DNA of 63,705 bases, counting the filler, from Octopus bimaculoides (Eukaryota), in the NCBI RefSeq assembly GCF_001194135.2. It is 4 parts of 4 records of this genome, joined end to end, with 100 filler letters (N's around TTAATTAATTAA, not from the genome) between each part and the next. Parts side by side here need not be neighbours in the genome. Positions count along the whole stretch, not along the records: positions 36,019 to 62,462 come from NC_068984.1; positions 62,563 to 63,705 come from NW_026361305.1; 2 more parts are not named here. The stretch is one strand, 5' to 3'. A program made the translations under genes and the position numbers. Of this stretch, positions 61,933 through 63,705 are shown in pieces. Position 1 is the first letter of the stretch; every line of letters begins with the position of its first letter. The notes beneath the pieces are model-generated. The model saw nothing but the letters and a program-made list of their open reading frames with translations. It had not been told where the DNA came from and did no database searches.

Positions 61933-62421
61933 TATACATACACATATATATATATATACACATACACACACATATGTATGTCACTACACGCACCCGCGCA
62001 TACTTATATACATATACAAGCATAAATAGGTCAATGGCACACCTACACACACTACACACACACATGCACACATACGCACACAAGTACATACATAACTGCA
62101 TAAACATTCACAAACATTATTAGGTCACAGGACACACAGATTTACATAAACAACATTTAAGAAATATAGACAAAAGACAGAAACAGAAATGGAACCACGT
62201 TGGTAAATGGCGTCTACTGGTTGATATCTACTGTAATGGTGTGTACACACACACATACACACAAACACATACACACACAAACAGACATATATGATATATA
62301 TAGCGAGTTTGTATAGCTGAATGTATATATGCGCGAGTATATGTACCTGTGTCTATGCATATGTATATATGTGTGCATTTACATACACTTACAAATATAC
62401 ACATATGTGTGTGTGTATATA

Positions 62422-62462
<41 letters not shown>

Positions 62463-62879
62463 NNNNNNNNNNNNNNNNNNNNNNNNNNNNNNNNNNNNNN
62501 NNNNNNTTAATTAATTAANNNNNNNNNNNNNNNNNNNNNNNNNNNNNNNNNNNNNNNNNNNNTCCATCGTTAAATCGTCCTTTAGTTTGTAAGAAATATT
62601 AGCCCGTAGTTGCTTCATTATTCGTAATATAGTTCATAAAGTAGATGTAAGATGCTTGTATTATTATCTGCCAAGTTATGTTACTTTTCGATTGTGGAAA
62701 TAAAGGTGAAATTAACAAATCGAAAGTAAGTTGGAACTGGTGAAGGATCAAAAAGGATGTACTCGCCTGATGATAATTCAGATATTTATATAAAATATTC
62801 GGACAAATTAATATAACAGTAAAATATAATGTTTTCATTTAGCTATGCTGAAAGAACTCGTGACTCTGTTACTGATTAT

Positions 62880-63705
62880 TTAGTACGTTAATTTCATCTT
62901 GAATCCCTCCTTCCACGATCTGTACGGCTTCCATTCAGCCAAATCTCGCGGGTTCCACTTTTGTTATTCAATTTCAATTGTTCCTAGTCCGTGAAAAACT
63001 CGGTATAAATACTCGTTGCATTTGTTATAAGCAAAGTGTTTAATTGTTTCTAGCAAGAAAACTACGCCTTTTTTTAGTTTCTCAGATTAGAAGTTTCGTG
63101 CCAGGTCGCACCATCTCATTGTGCGCAGACGAACCTCTTTCTTGTCCACATTCCTTCAAATTATCGTGTTTCAACGCTCGGTTATGACTCTAAATTTCAT
63201 TTTCTCTTTTAGATTATCAATCTACCTCCTACAGATGCTCATTTCGACCCAACTTGGGAGCATCTATGTTAGAAATAACCAAATTTTACCCAAATTTCCC
63301 TCAAATCACAACCTAAAAATTACTTTAGCTTATGTGATCCTGCGTTCTCTGCACATAGGATAAGACGATGGGATGGTCATGCTTGGGATGCGTTTATCGT
63401 AGATCTATTCAAAATTCACTCAGTACCAAACAGTATCAACAAAGCCCATTCATACAAACGATAACATGATCCCACCTTCTGCAAACAAGTGTCATCCACA
63501 TAATCTATACACATTGAGTCAAACCAACACTGCTTCCATGAACAGACACCCAAAACGTTCTTATATGGGGACATAACTTTTTTTCCAACAGAAGAAAAAC
63601 ACACCTTCACTCTCTTTAGTCTTAGACAACAACTAAAACGCTCAACGTTTCTGCAAACGCTAGGCCTCACAATCTCTGATGACCTCATCTGGCAATCTCA
63701 CTTCC
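62880..63705 (+). mobile_element. Highly decayed CR1/Jockey-group LINE reverse transcriptase remnant(s)
   Basis: DLYGFHSAKS (QYGFR..RS), ILVAFVISKVFN (VALDISKAFD), VFQRSVMTLNFIF (VPQGSVL.P.LF), QNVLIWGHN, LQTLGLTISDDLIWQSHF (LG.TI..DL.W..H). Runs off the window end. Confidence 0.6.

Noticed and set aside
62760-62840. CTGATGA followed by an AT-rich hairpin; the minus strand has a faint PLE-like NITWQII motif
   Set aside because: No GAAA box or stem I partner, and the protein resemblance is too weak.

Overview
AT-rich, microsatellite-laden metazoan genomic DNA with many N gaps, most of them next to (TA)n or (CA)n tracts. The SINE and MITE families look like those of octopus (taxon inferred from remembered repeat sequences, not verified). 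I cannot confidently call any host protein-coding gene, tRNA, rRNA or CRISPR array, and nearly all supplied ORFs are N-run, microsatellite or transposon artefacts. The window is mostly decayed mobile elements. There are about 8 Penelope-like (PLE; RT + GIY-YIG) loci of at least three types, three R4/Dong-type pieces, RTE, HERO/NeSL-type and CR1/Jockey-type LINE remnants, and several Tc1/mariner pieces. There are also a hAT MITE with TSD, a Helentron-type HINE, several foldback elements and many tRNA-derived SINEs. The most interesting signal is non-coding: a set of minimal type I hammerhead ribozyme (HHR)-like motifs from at least three sequence families (20020-20082, 20418-20480, inverted partial 19928-19966, 37333-37377, 41869-41914, 56880-56923, weak 29081-29156). 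At 19.7-20.5 kb two HHRs lie 398 bp apart around an ORF-less unit with a long inverted copy upstream, the layout expected of a PLE pseudo-LTR or non-LTR retrozyme. All alignments and folds were done by eye, and boundaries of decayed elements are approximate.
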